A stretch of 64,000 nt of DNA from Emiliania huxleyi CCMP1516 (lineage: Eukaryota). The notes below the pieces were generated by a model that was given only the letters and a program-made list of their open reading frames with translations, was not told the origin of the DNA and did no database searches. Each line of letters starts with the position of its first letter. Within the stretch, counting starts at the first letter, position 1. Positions 25,942 to 38,409 of this stretch are shown here, in pieces. The stretch spans positions 124,001-188,000 of the forward strand of contig NW_005201102.1 in the NCBI RefSeq assembly GCF_000372725.1, written 5' to 3'. Made by a program: the position numbers and the translations under genes.

Positions 25942-28900
25942 CAGTCTGGGAATACCTGGGTTGAGCGCCGTTTTGAGTGGCCGATTTCGCCCTCGACCCG
26001 GTCGCCGCCGATGGCTCGCGTTGTGCGGGTCCAGCGCCGCGGCCAGCCAGCGACACCCTCGCCGGCGGCCGGGCGGGTGCGGACGCGAGCTGAGTGCGAG
26101 GTATCGCCGCTGTTTGAGCTCACCTCTGCCGACGGCGGTGCGCCGAGAGAGCCGCGCCCGGCTGACGCCGCGAGTCGGCCAGTAGTTTGCGAAGATAACA
26201 TTCGACAATGGCGACGAGACTTGGAATTTGGCCGCTCTACTACATTTACTCAGCACCTGTGCGCTCACAATACCCGCCCCGACGCGCCCTGCCTCGTAGG
26301 TGAGGCTGAGCCGGACGCAGCGCCGCTCGCGCTGCGCGCGCCAAGGATACAGCGGCCTCGGCCGCGAGGGAGGCGCCAGTCGGGCGCGTCGGCCGTGCCA
26401 CTGCGCAATGTGCTGCCGCGCACTTACGACGCCGTCAACGAGCTCCTCTTCGCGCTCTCAGAGCGCCATCCGCTCTCCATCCGGTGCGGGCTGGCCGCAC
26501 ACTTCTCTCCTCCCTCCTCTCTCCTCGCTACCCTCCCCTCGCCCAGGCTCGCCTCATGAGTGGCCGCGGTTGTCGCCGGTGCTCGCCCGCGACGCGTCGC
26601 TCCGTCCCACGTCGCAGGCCAGGCAAACAGGACTGGCTCGTCGACGGGAGTGCCAACGTGCGGATACCACACACAGGGCTTTCGACTCGTGATGCCTATC
26701 GTGTGCTGCTAGAGGAATGGGGAGCGCGCCAGCGGGGCTCGCTTTTTTCTAGGAGCAACAACATCGCCATTCGATTGCTATATTTTTCAAGCCCCCTGTA
26801 CGAGAACCGTGCCGACCTGGAGCCACTTGCCGCGCGTGCCCCGCCCGGTGACACAAGTGCTCCATTCTCAGCTGTGGGCGCGGCCGTGTGCGCGCGCGTG
26901 GAGGCACGCATGGAACGTGCAAAGCGACTGCGCATCAAGACGCGGTGGGAGAGAGTGTAGTGCAAAATCATCGCAGTCACGCGATCACGGATACGTGTGT
27001 GCACAAAAAAAGCACAGGCGGACACTACATGCACAAGTGTGCCAAAGCTGCAGATGTACGACGCAGAGGAGGGGGCAGGGATGGAGATGGAGCACGCATA
27101 CACCTATGCGGTCGCTGCGCTGGTGGATCAAGTGGACAGGGCGCTGTGTGCAACGGAGGGAGAGCCAGCCAGGCTGGCTGTGGAGAGCAGCCTCGCGCAC
27201 ACACTGAAGCGCTTGGGTTGCAGGAGCGACAACCCTCTCGAGTGGAAGCCTCCCTGGGACTGGGAGAAGGAACTCTCAGATGACCTCGTCATCGAGGCGT
27301 ACCTGAAGGCCAGGTGGAGGAGTGGAGCAGACACCCTCGCCACAGCAGGATGGAGAGAGAGGGCAAGGGGCCCGCTGCGCCCGAGTGCATGGGCAGTGAC
27401 AGATAAGGAGCGAGCAGAGCGAGGCCCAATGCTATACGAGGGGCAATGTGCGTGCGACTTTGCGCGGTGCCTGGCGAGGCGCGGGGTGGCAGCATGGGCG
27501 GACATCACCAACGCAGCGACAGGAGTCTTCATGACTTGGCCAGAGTTCCGAGACCTACATGGGCTGGCAAACGGGCAACGAGAGGAGGCTGAATATCGCC
27601 ATCTGTGTCGCCAGCTTGGTGGGCCCGAGCTACAGCGGCGGCGGGACGAGTGGAAGACAAGCGTCCTCGGCGGCAGGGGCAGAGGAGAGTGCCCAGCACG
27701 GAGGAGGCCGCGAGGCAGGCCACCAGGCAAAGGCAAAGGGAGGGCAGGCGGAGTGGGAGGGCAGCGCGCCGCAGCGAATGCTAATTCCTGCCGATTGGCG
27801 CTGGTAGATGATCTCCCGGAGAAGAGTCGGAGGGACCTTGGCGCCGGGGTCACGAGGAACTTGCAAGTCGTGGCCGAGGCGGCGACGGGAGCGGTGCAGA
27901 GGTGGATCCAGCTCAATGATGAGGCTACGGCGCGCATAATGAAGAGAGAGGAACACATCGAGTGGCTGAGGAAGCTCTTCGCTGGGTGGAAGGAGGCCCG
28001 GCCAGCCTTGAGGGAGTCGCGGAGGAGGAGGGATAATGGAGGTAACGTGGGAACAGGCCAACAGCCAGTGGGACGAACGAGGGCGGCTCAAGCGGGAGGG
28101 AGCGGAGACGGTGGGCAGAGAGCGAAGTGGGTGAGACTGATGATGCTCCTTCGACTTAGGGAGCGGTTCAGATGCTGGGCGGGCTTCAGGCTGGTGCTCA
28201 CGCGAACAGGAATCGACGCGATGTGCAAAGCATACAAGAAGGGGAGAGGGAAGAGGAGAGACGCCGGTGAGGACGAAGCAGAAACTAGCGCAGACGAGAG
28301 CAGGGCAGACCCGGGGACTGGGGAGCCGGAGCAGACGGCATCGGCCGCCGAGGAAACGTTGGGAAGAGGCACGAGGAGGGCGGCGACCTCGACCGACTAT
28401 GGAGGACCCGTCGCCAGACGACGCAGGGCAGAAGACGGTGAGGCGGAGCAGACGCGCAGGGTGAGACGAGGGAGGGAGCAGGACTTTGCGGAGATCAGCA
28501 GGAGGATGTACGAAGAGATTAGGAGCAGCAGGGACCCGAGGGACCATGTGGAAGACGGCTAGTGCTAGTCCCCCATCGGGAGGACGACCCCGGCTAGTCG
28601 CCGACCACACCCACAAAGAACCCTGCACAAAGATCGCAAGGGCGGGGGCCTGTTCCTTTTTACCCATCTCACAGTAGAGAGGTGTCCGTTTTTATTTATT
28701 TATTTACATGCACAAGTGACCGTAATGGCCGTCGCGAACGGAACGACACGCGAGCCCGGACGCAAGCGTGCGCGTGTCGTCCCGCCACGCTGCGGCGAAA
28801 ACTCGGCTGGCGCAGTAATCGCCGCAGTAATCGCCGCTCCACGACCGGGCGGCCTCGTCTCTTGACGGGGAAGAGCCGCCTGCCGGTCGAGAGTGGGCGA

Positions 28901-29564
28901 TGAGGCGAGAGCGAGAGACGCGCGCACGCGGCGGCGCGCGCACGCGGCGCGCGGGTCCGCACAGGAGCGCGTGACAGCGACGGCGCCCTCGCTCCGGTAC
29001 CTGCGAGGCACAGGTATCGTTGGTGCGTGCTGCCGTGCCGCTGCGGCGACGAGGGCCGCCGCTATCCGCTGCAGGCGCGCCGTGACGGTGCCGAGGCGGG
29101 CCAGGCAAGCGTGGCGCGGTGACGGGAGGGCGGGCGGTGGATCGGGGCGGCTCTGGGTCGCGCGGCGGGGCGGCGGCTCGCACGGGCGACGGCGAGAGAG
29201 GCGCACCGGAGAGCGGTATCAAAGCTCGAAGATAACACTTGAACTGGCCGCTGTCGAGCTGGCCGGGCGTGCCTCGGACGCCCAACTATCGGATGGACCG
29301 GCCTCTACCCGCGCCCCGGCGACGTGCCACCTGCGAAAGCGGCGCAAAGGCGGTGTCGTCCGAAAGGCGCTTGCGCGGCTGTTGCGCAGGCCGCGGTGCG
29401 TCCTGACGCGGACTGTGCGTGCTCCGTGGCGGGTGCGTGGTACGAGGCGGGCACTCGAGCTTACCCGGGGCAATTTCCGTCACATGCGGGCGCGTGCGGG
29501 CGGCCGCAAGCTCACCGTCCACTCAAAAGCCTCCATCGCGCTCAACCCAGGTATTCCCAGACTG
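25942..29564. mobile_element. TIR DNA transposon (non-autonomous) carrying a nested LINE fragment
   Basis: Perfect 27-bp TIR cagtctgggaatacctgggttgagcgc (25942-25968) / gcgctcaacccaggtattcccagactg (29538-29564), a further subterminal match ttttgagtgg/ccactcaaaa, and ttg on both flanks. Confidence 0.8.
27040..28704 (+). mobile_element. 5'-truncated non-LTR retrotransposon (C-terminal ORF part + 3' UTR + (TATT)n tail)
   Basis: 14-bp TSD tacatgcacaagtg at 27026-27039 and 28705-28718; open frame to TAG at 28562; the same 3' UTR recurs at 38649-39541. Confidence 0.8.
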
Positions 29565-29718
29565 TTGGCGCCGCCTACCGGCCGGCAGCACTCGGATGTT
29601 TGCATTTGCCTGGCTCGTCGCGCCCTGCTACACGGCGCTCCTGCGTGGTGCTCCCAATGGCCGGCGCGGCTGTGGGTTACCTCCCTGCATGCAGTCTCAT
29701 GAGCCGGTTCACGATGCG

Positions 29719-31292
29719 ATGTTCCGGCCGGCAAAGGTGGCGCCCGCGGGCATCCAGCACATGGCGGACAAGATCTGCCTCGTCAGCACCGACGCGGCCG
29801 ACGCGGCGCCGTACTTGGGCATTTACCGAAAGGGCGTGTTTGGGCACAGCGGGAAAAACAAGTACCAGAGGCACGGGTACTACGAGCAGGTGGGCGACCC
29901 GAACAAGATCGTCTGGTGGGACGGAGAGGGCGGCGTGTGGACCGTCGGGTGGCGCACGGTCGGCGGGCGGCACTATGCGGTGGATTCGCTCGTGAGCGGG
30001 CCCTGTCGTTGTAGCATTCCATTGCTCACCTGCGGGTCCTGTCGTTAGGTCGGCACCTTGTGCGTCGAGGACGCGTCTGCAGAGGGAGAGGAGGAGGCGT
30101 GGGAGGGAGAAGGCCGGGTCTTCCTGCTGGGCCCGACGCGTCGTGAAGGGGAGCGGCCGTGGAAGGCGACACCGACAAGAGCAAGGCGAGAGCGCAGCGG
30201 CAGCCCGGACGGGTATGGGGGCGGGCGCAAGGCGCTCGGCCCGCACGGGCTCGTCAGCAGCGGGACGAGCGCCAACTCGGTCGCCCCGTGGGGGGCACAG
30301 GATCGGCACCCCAGCGGCAGAGCAGCGGCAGCAGCGGAGGCGGAGGCAGCAGCGGAGGGAGAGGCGGAGGCAGAGGCAGCAGCGGGCGCGGAGGCGGAGG
30401 CGGCGGCGGAGGCAACAGCGGGGGCGGCGGAGGAGGCGGAGGCAGCCGTGTCCGACTCGCGTCGCAGCCGAGATCGCCCGAGGTCACCCGAGATCGTCCG
30501 AGATGGTGCGGCCGACCCCGGCTCACGGCGCGGGCGCGCACGGGCGAGCTCGCCGCTCTGGCCTGGCGTGCAAGGCGGGAGATTCCCCGAAGATCACACG
30601 AGGTCGAGAGTTTAGGCTCGCTCCGCTTCCGCGGCGCGCAGGGTGCGGCTGCAGCAGATCGAGGAGCGCGCGGCGAGGGCGACTGCCGCCGCGGCGGCGG
30701 CGCGCAGCGGCGGCGGCGGCGAGGTGCTGGAGAGGCGTGTGCAGGAGATTTTGGCACCGGTGCTCGCTGACTGGGCAAACGACAAGATCGACACCGCCGA
30801 GCTTGAGCGGCGAAAGGCGGCAAATATAGCGGAGATGTAGTGGAAATGTAGCGGAGATGCAGTGGAGATGCAGCGGAGATTTAGCGGAGATCCGAGCTTG
30901 AGCGGCGCCATAGACACTTCCTGGACACTCCCTCGGCTCCTGCCTTTCAGAGGTGGAGTCGCGAGGGTCGCCCCGCCCTTGCCCCACCACCTCGTGTGTG
31001 TGGAGAAGTGAACCTGACCTGGCCTTACTTGCCCCGCCAGGCGGCTGCGCCGGAGGAGGCGGCCGCGGAAGCTCTCGGCAGGTGCGACGCGCTCGAGTCT
31101 GCGCTCAAGTCGACGCTGCGCGTGTACGAGGCGGCGGTGCGGCGGAGCGAGGAGGCGGCGGAGGCGGCGGAGGCGGCGCGAGAGGCGTTCGGCGTGGCGG
31201 CGGCGGAGGAGGAGGCGGCGGAGGCGGCGGTGTGCGAGGCGTTGGCGGGGCTGGAGCCGCAGGGGGGTGAGCCGCCGCGAGGGACGGAGTGA
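29719..31292 (+). CDS. Hypothetical multi-exon protein
   Basis: Exon-like blocks MFRPAK...YLGIYRKG...KIVWWDGEGGVWTVG, VGTLCVED..., VRLQQIEERA...LERRK, AAAPEEA...stop 31292, with plausible splice sites. No recognised domain. Confidence 0.45.
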
Positions 31293-32306
31293 CTAGTCCT
31301 CCGACACATGCGGTCGCTTGGCTCTCTGGCGTGCGCAAGCTCCGTGCGAGCGTGCCTCGGAGGGGCAACTTCAGTCAACACGTGGAAGTTGCCTGAGTGT
31401 GCTTGCCTTTTCGAAGTGCCACGTGTAAAATATATGTGAGGGGGTTGCTGCTTCTGCGTACGTCGTGTGTCAGTGTGTCAGTTTGAGCTTTGACAGTGAT
31501 TGCCCCTAGTCCTTTGTGAGACCGCTGCACTTGTTTGAGCAATATAGGTTAATATACGGGGTGTGGACCGTGAGTTGACCAGGGGTTGTGCGCCGGGCCC
31601 TCCTGCTCGGCTCCAGCCAGTAGACAAGTCTTGTCACTAACAGAGTAGAAGGATCTGACCTCGGGGCCGATGTGACCAAGCGCTGGTAGCGTGGTTTTAC
31701 CTCACACCCATGGTCTCACAGTGTGCCGGCAGTCGCCGAGCAGTGTCGCTCACACAAGCCGCAGCACAAGTGACTGAGGGCCAGTGAGGGCGAGCCCATC
31801 GCTGTCACAGCTGTGGTAGCCGCACAGTAGGCTGTGTCAACTGTGCAGAGCGTGCGAGCAGCCGAGGAGCTGCTCTCCAGGCTTCTGACGCAAAGAGCTG
31901 CATGCCATCGAAGGCGCTGTCGAGGTTCGCCGAGCCCGGCGCAGGTTGGAGGACACCGTCACCGACGAGCGCGTTGGACTTTTCACTCCGGACAAAGACG
32001 GGTACACGCACACGAGCCGCGGTCGTCTACCCGTCATAGCGGCGAGGCGCGGGACCGTCTGTGGCGAAGTGGGTCGCGTCCTCCGATTTCCTCAACTCAC
32101 GGTCCGCTGGTCCGCTCCCTCTACTCGAGTATTTCCGCCTTTCCTTCGGTGCTTACTTTAGGTTTTTTGTACATTTTTCCCGAAATTCACAATCGTTGGT
32201 ACATGCCATGTGGTAAAGCCGGCTCGTTTTTTATTAAATGAACTCGGGGGCACAGGACGCGGTACAAACGGGGTACACCAAAAGGCACAGGCTGCCTGCA
32301 CGGCGT

Positions 32307-32774
32307 TCACTCGAACGCCATGCACATGGCGCGGAGCAGCATCGGGTTGGTGTCGAACCCGAGCGGGTCCTCCTCCCAGTCCCGGTGCCCACCCTCCGCG
32401 TCATCCTGCTCATCGTGCGCGTCGAGCACCCTGCCGAGGCACAGGACCGTCCCCTTGGGAACGCCTGCCCCTCGCGCGCGTGGGAACTCTCCCTGCACCG
32501 CCATCACGAACTTCTCGCGCGCCCACTTGCCGCCACGGCGGCAGTGCTGGGGCGCGCGCTCGCGCAGCTCCTCGTAGAGCTCCTCGGCCCTCGCCACCTC
32601 CGCCGCCCAGCCCTCCGCTGACGCCTGAGCCGCCTTCTTCTCCCTGAGCGTCTTGAACACCGGCGGCGGCGCCGGCGATGGCGCCACCTCCGGCTCGCCC
32701 GCCGCCTCTGCAGCGCGCCGCCCCTTCCTCGCCTTCTCCTTGAGCCGCTTCCGTTGTGCGAGTATATGGACCAC
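32307..32774 (-). CDS. Hypothetical ORF/exon fragment
   Basis: Coding-like composition (AEVARAEELYEELRERAPQHC...WEEDPLGFDTNPMLLRAMC). Its 5' side is close to a truncated TIR element. Confidence 0.3.
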   Translation of the reverse strand: MVHILAQRKRLKEKARKGRRAAEAAGEPEVAPSPAPPPVFKTLREKKAAQASAEGWAAEVARAEELYEELRERAPQHCRRGGKWAREKFVMAVQGEFPRARGAGVPKGTVLCLGRVLDAHDEQDDAEGGHRDWEEDPLGFDTNPMLLRAMCMAFE

Positions 32775-32833
32775 ACTGCCGAGGTGTGAATAACCGGCCC
32801 GCTCCCGAGGTCTCGGAGAAACTTAGCCCAACC

Positions 32834-33189
32834 GTATATGTGGGACACGATGTCTCAAAAAATATGACGGGTTTTTACTCCTACCGGCTCCTGACGCTAT
32901 CCCTGGCAGCTCTAATGACCAGGATCAGTAGTGCTATGATAGAGGGTGCCCATACTAGCGCAGGAGCTGCCACACTCGCCCGGACCGTCCCCCTCTGGGG
33001 CCGGTTCCGCAGCCCGCGAGAGCCGCCGACAGCGGGGCCGTGCCGCGGGTGCCCGTACTGCCGAGTGCCACAAACACTGCGCCGTCCCGCCACCACCTAC
33101 AGGCTGTCTTGTGTGATGGTTGGGATGTCCAAACGCCACCATCTTGGCTCTTGCGACCTCAAACCCGCGAGCTGTATGGGTGGTCCTGA
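32834..33189 (-). mobile_element. Truncated copy of the 753-bp TIR element at 38758-39510
   Basis: Reverse complement of ~39151-39496 at high identity, with a degraded TIR end. Confidence 0.8.
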
Positions 33190-33462
33190 AAGGACAAGCG
33201 GACGTGCTTTTCATCAAGTGCCCCAAGCAGTGAGTGTGGAACTTCCCATCCCTCCCTTGGGTTGTCTGTTTTCTTTCTATTTTGGAACTTTACACTCGGC
33301 GCTCTGCGTTCCGGCTCCTTCCCAGAGGGGGCAAATTTTCAGAAGCAGGACTCAGCCCGGCGCGACGAAATTCGGACGCGTAAGGCACCAGGGGAGCGAA
33401 TTAAGGGAAAGGCCGAAGGCGAGGCTTCAGAGCCGTGCACGCCCACGCGACGCTTGCCCGCA

Positions 33463-34233
33463 TCACACACGGCCAGGTCGGAGGTACGTCCCTTCGCCGA
33501 GGACCTTCGGCTTCTTGTCCTGCAACGACGCAAACGCGTTGTTCAGCATCGCGACTAGCCCCTCAAAGGAGCCGCGGCCGAAGCAGAGGATCTTGCCGAT
33601 GGGGAGGGGGATGTTCGACGCGGCGCGCTGGCCCGCCCTCTCGCCGACCAGCACGATCTCGCCGACGGAGAGATGGGCCTCGCAGTCTGTCACCTGTGAG
33701 AGCTCCGAGATGGTGAGGTCGATGGTGCCTGTCACATCGGTCTTGGCGTCGCCACTGGCTGCACTGCGGCCCCACTTGCCATGCTCGTCGTAGTGGAGCC
33801 CGATGCCAAGGTCGATGCCGGAGAGGTGGACCTTGAGGCCGTGTGCGAGCCCGCCGCACGAGTCATAGTCCACCGACCCGACCGCGAGGGCCTCAATCAT
33901 GAGCTCGGCTATCTTTACCTCCACGGGGCCCACATTGATGTCTATTTCGTCGGCCAGGTCGGATACCCTCGAGCCGGGCACCTTGGCCACGACCCGATCG
34001 ACCGCCGAGTTGAGAAAGGAGTGCACCGGCCCACTGCGAGATCTGCAGGTATCATCGCGCTCAAAGGTGGCGACGGCAGCCTTCTTGCGTCCAAACTTCT
34101 CCACATTGTCAAACAGGACCGCAGGCGCGACTCCGACGTGATACGCGGCAACAAAAGAGGTGATGGCGGCGGCGCTGAGCGCCACGGCGACCCGGCGCAG
34201 GCCCGTGGCTTGGTTCTGCTCGATGGCTATCAT
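33463..34233 (-). CDS. Membrane-anchored hypothetical protein, possibly BPI/LBP (TULIP)-like fold
   Basis: 256-aa ATG ORF with an N-terminal hydrophobic segment and alternating beta-strand patterns (DINVGPVEVKIAELMIEAL, GLKVHLSGIDLGIGLHY). The fold assignment is a weak inference. Confidence 0.5.
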   Translation of the reverse strand: MIAIEQNQATGLRRVAVALSAAAITSFVAAYHVGVAPAVLFDNVEKFGRKKAAVATFERDDTCRSRSGPVHSFLNSAVDRVVAKVPGSRVSDLADEIDINVGPVEVKIAELMIEALAVGSVDYDSCGGLAHGLKVHLSGIDLGIGLHYDEHGKWGRSAASGDAKTDVTGTIDLTISELSQVTDCEAHLSVGEIVLVGERAGQRAASNIPLPIGKILCFGRGSFEGLVAMLNNAFASLQDKKPKVLGEGTYLRPGRV

Positions 34234-34475
34234 TAGTCGCAGACGCGGGCAAGTCCGGCGGGCGTTTCGGACCAGCCTTCGTTACGAAAGAATTTTACCA
34301 ATAAAACACAGCTCCCTCGCACAATACTCCCATCCCTCCCTTGGTTGTCTGTTTTCTTTCTTTATTTGCAATACTCCCACTGGGGTTTTTCTTTCTTTCT
34401 TCGCACAATACGTGAAAATCTTCTGCGCGTGCGGTTTTTCTTTCTTTCTTTCTTCGTCATCTTCAGGAGCACCGG

Positions 34476-35502
34476 ATGCCGCGCCGCACGCGCGAGCGAC
34501 GCTCGGCAGATGCTGTGCCGCCGATGCTCCATTTCAAGCGTTACGTATTTCTTGACCTGGAGAATCTGGCGTTCCTCGCCGACAGCTTGCAGCCTCTCTC
34601 TATTTTGTGCCGTCAGTCAGGAATCGAATTTCGCTCGTATTGTGCGCCCGACCACGCCCATGCTGGTCGCGCGACGCACCTCACACGGAGCAACGAGAAA
34701 GAAGCCGCTGATGTGTGCATGGTGTGGGACGCCGCAAAGCTCTCTCTTGAGTGTGACTTGAAGCTCCTCCTCATTACTGACGATATCTTCGGCCGAACTC
34801 TTGCGGCTGAGCAGTCCGACGTCTTCCATGTGGCGTTCGACGATCCGCTGCCGCAAGACTGGGTAGAACGCTTTGGCGCCTCCAGCATGCAGGAGTTCTT
34901 CGAGAGACTGGACGTGCATCGCGAGCGGCGCGCTCGTACTCCGTCCGTTGTCAGTGTGCGCTCCAAATCACGACGCAGAGACCTCCGATGGCGAAGATGC
35001 GGACCAGGTGGCAGCCTTGGCGGAAGAGGACCCGGCGATTCGGCGGTGGGAGATTCGGCAGGAGCAGGCTTGGCAGGAGCAGGCTCGGCAGGAGGCGAAA
35101 GCGCTTATGTCGCGGTTGGCGCTCGCGGAGCAGCAGCGCGATGAGGCGACAGCTAAGCTACGCGAGCAGCAGCGCGGCGCTGGCGGACAGGCGAGAGCGC
35201 AGCGATCAAAATCTGGGCCACGGAAGTGGCCGCCGGGGCAAAAGCCGTCTTCAGGCAAGCAGGTTGGGACCGTCGAGAAGTGGAATGAGAAGGGCTTTGG
35301 CTTCATCAAGCCTGGCAGTGGCAGAAAGACGATTTTCTTTCACATCAAAGAGGTGAAGATGGAGCGCGCCGCCGGCAAGAAGCAGCAGCTCAACCAGCTC
35401 CTTCGCTGGGACGTCGAGTTCAGGATCGCCCAAGGCGACAAAGGACCGCAGGCCGTCCAAGTGAGCGGGCCGAAGGGGCGCGCGCTGCCGGCTGACGCAT
35501 GA
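34476..35502 (+). CDS. PIN/NYN-like RNase domain + coiled coil + cold-shock domain (frameshift or micro-intron near 34947-34980)
   Basis: VFLDLEN, KEAAD and LITDDIF acidic motifs in the 34476 frame; CSD GTVEKWNEKGFGFIKP...IFFHIKEV...VEFRIAQGDKGPQAVQV in the 34873 frame. Confidence 0.7.
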
Positions 35503-36363
35503 TAGAGTATCATCAAAATACAGTGTGATGCGAGACGCAGTGTCAGTTTGAGCTTTGACAATGGCAGAGCTTTGACTAGTGCCATTTCACCGCTCTGACC
35601 TCTGACACGCTAACCTTGAAAACGTCTCCAACGGAGGCGGCGCTCAGACACAATTACGAAATTAGAATACATAGGGCTGCCTCTCTCCGAGCTGCTGGAG
35701 AGCCTGCTGCTTGGGGAGGGAGACGACATCAGACGAGGCGGGGGAGGGGCAGGCGGGAGGCGCCCCCGGCGAGGCCGGCGGGAGGGAGCTTCGCTTGGCG
35801 GGGCGGAGGCGCAGCCTCTCCGAGGATGGGCGAGGGCGGCGGCGCAGAGGTCCGGGGGGCGGGGCTGCCGGCGGCGGCGGCGCGGGCGTGGGCGGCGCAG
35901 GATTCGGTGGAGGCCGAGGTGGAGGCGCTGCTGCAAGACGAGAGCCTGCCAGCCTGCAGGAGGAGCTGCTTCAGCTGTTTGGTGACCTGCTGACGGAGGA
36001 GGAGGGCGCGGCCCTCGGGCTCGCGGAAGGAAACACGGGCGAGGAGGACCGGATGGGCGTGCGGACCAGGGCGGAGGGGCTGGGGGAGGGGAGGTGGTGG
36101 ATCTGGACGAGCTGGATTGAGGAGTCCGAGAAGTAGAGTCGCCCCGCGTGCCGGCACGCTTCCATACTTTTTTATTTTGGGGGGTTGTACACGGAGTCGT
36201 GTGTGTGTGCCCCCCGACAGCGACAATCGGAGACTGAATCACTCGGAGAACGGGCGACCTACGGCTTTACCTCATCCTCTATGCTCCACATGCACATGCT
36301 ACATGTACATGTACATGTGCATGTGCATGTGCATGTCATGTGCATGTGTCGATCCGCGATACC

Positions 36364-37794
36364 TCACTGCCCCGGCTCGAGCCCCGGCGCCCACACCTCG
36401 ACCTTCTTGGGCAGCAGCTGGTCCGACAGGTCCTCCCCGTGTCCTAGGCAGCCGAGTTCGCCCTGGCCCCAGGTAAAGAAGGCGCCGTCGGCGGTGAGGG
36501 CGAGGCTGTGGCGGGTTCCAGCCGACACAGTGATGACGCGCTGGCCAGCAAAGGCCTCGACCTTCTTCGGCAGCAGCAGCTGCTGCTGGTCGCCGTGGCC
36601 CAGCTTGCCCCAGCTTCCACTGCCCCAGCTCCAGACGGCGCCGTCGGCGGTGATGGCGAGGCTGTGGTATCCTCCAGCCGACACAGCAACGACGCGCTGG
36701 CCAGCAAAGGCCTCGATCTTCTTGGGCAGCAGCTGGCCCTGCTGGTCGCCGTGGCCCAACCGGCCTCGCTCTCCATAGCCCCAGCTCCAGACGCTGCTGT
36801 CGGCGGTGAGGCCGAGGCTGTGGAAGCCTCCAGCTGAGACAGCGACGACGCGCTGGCCAGCAAAGGCCTCGACCTTCTTGGGCAGCAGCTGGTTCTGCTG
36901 GTCGCCGTGGCCCAGCTTGCCGAAGCCTCCCTCGCCCCAGCTCCAGACAGCTCCGTCGGCGGTGAGGGCGAGGCCGTGACTATCTCCAGCCGACACAGCG
37001 ACGACGCGCCGCCCAGCAAAGGCCTCGACCTCCTTGGGCAGCAGCTGGTGCTGCTGGTCGCCGTGGCCCAGCTCGCCCCAGCTTCCACCGCCCCAGCTCC
37101 AGACGGCTCCGTCGGCGGTGAGGGCGAGGCTGTGGCACTGCGCTGCTGACACGGCGACGACGCGCTGGTCAGCAAAGGTCTCGACCTTCTTCGGCAGCAG
37201 CTGGCTCTGCTCGTTGCCGTGGCCCAACCGGCCCCAGAGACCAAAGCCCCAGCTCCAGACGGCGCCGCTGCCGGTGAGGGCGATGCTGTGGCCATCTCCA
37301 GCTGACACGCTCACAGCGCGCTCCTCACCCAGCGTCAACGGGAAGCGGGTCGGCGTGTTGAGCTGCGTCACGCCCTCGCCGTGACCGAGGAGCTCTTGAG
37401 TCGTTCCACACGACGAGAGCCGCCCCTCGCCGTCGATGAAGACGCTGTGCTGTCGGCCTGCCGCCGCCCTCGCCGGTGGGTTGGCCTCGCACAGCAGCGC
37501 CGAATAGCACAGCCACCGCACGGCGCAGCTCTCGCCCTCTGGCTGCGCCGGCAGCTCGAAGCCGCGCTCTTGCGCCCACAAGCGGATGCTCTCTACCGCG
37601 AGCGAGGCGTGGAAGAGCAACGAGACGGCCGCGACGCGAGCGATGTCGAGGGGGCCGTCGAGGCGAGAGATGGCGCGCAAGAGGAGGTCCGTGGGGAGGT
37701 CGAGGAGGTGGACGGGCGGCGGCGCGCTTGGCGAGGGGGCGGCGGAGGAGGTGGGGGCGAGGCGGCGCGAGCGGCGGCGCGGCGGGGTGGACAT
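36364..37794 (-). CDS. F-box-like + RCC1-repeat protein, intronless
   Basis: LLDLPTDLLLRAISRL (F-box-like), then about 7 RCC1 repeats (VVAVSAG..HSLALTADGAVWSWG.G..G.LGHGD....LLPK.VEAF). Confidence 0.92.
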   Translation of the reverse strand: MSTPPRRRSRRLAPTSSAAPSPSAPPPVHLLDLPTDLLLRAISRLDGPLDIARVAAVSLLFHASLAVESIRLWAQERGFELPAQPEGESCAVRWLCYSALLCEANPPARAAAGRQHSVFIDGEGRLSSCGTTQELLGHGEGVTQLNTPTRFPLTLGEERAVSVSAGDGHSIALTGSGAVWSWGFGLWGRLGHGNEQSQLLPKKVETFADQRVVAVSAAQCHSLALTADGAVWSWGGGSWGELGHGDQQHQLLPKEVEAFAGRRVVAVSAGDSHGLALTADGAVWSWGEGGFGKLGHGDQQNQLLPKKVEAFAGQRVVAVSAGGFHSLGLTADSSVWSWGYGERGRLGHGDQQGQLLPKKIEAFAGQRVVAVSAGGYHSLAITADGAVWSWGSGSWGKLGHGDQQQLLLPKKVEAFAGQRVITVSAGTRHSLALTADGAFFTWGQGELGCLGHGEDLSDQLLPKKVEVWAPGLEPGQ

Positions 37795-38409
37795 CGCGAG
37801 GGAAAAGAAATCAAAGCGCCGCAGCCAACGCGCACTCGACTCGCAATAAGAATTGAATCATATTAGAGCCGACCCGCGCGCGGCGTTACGTAGCCCCGGA
37901 GTATCAATGGCGGGCCCAGGTGAAGGGCCTAGGTGCGCCTCCCACGTGCCAGACCATCCACAGGCATCAACATAGCATTTCGAACCACGAGCGCACAATA
38001 GTTCAATCACAAGCTCCTGGGTCGGATCCCCCTCCCCCCCCCCTCCCCAATGGCCACGCCCCCCTCCTGACCGCGCGCCAAGGCTGCTTTGCCCACCCTT
38101 CAGCGAGACGCGTCGCCCTCACGCCTCAGGCATGCCCGCGGGCAGGGACCAGGAAGAGACCTTCCCGACACGGCGACAACACGCCACCAGCACCAGTGCT
38201 CCGCCGGCAGCGCGGCCTCCCCAGGGTCGAAGATGCGAGCCCTACGTCCGCGCGTGCTGGACGCTGTCCTGCGCGGGGTGAAGTGATCTGCACGGGTGAG
38301 TCACGTCGGCGTCAAAGGAGCGAGATGCGACCTGTCAGAGCTTGATCTCCGATCTCAGCGGCTTCGAGTCGTCTCCGGCGGCGATACTTTTGTACCTCCC
38401 CAGGACGCG

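Noticed and set aside
35700..36136. Acidic ORF fragments between the CSD and RCC1 genes
   Set aside because: Frames are broken and no motif is recognised; possibly TE debris, but this is unsupported.
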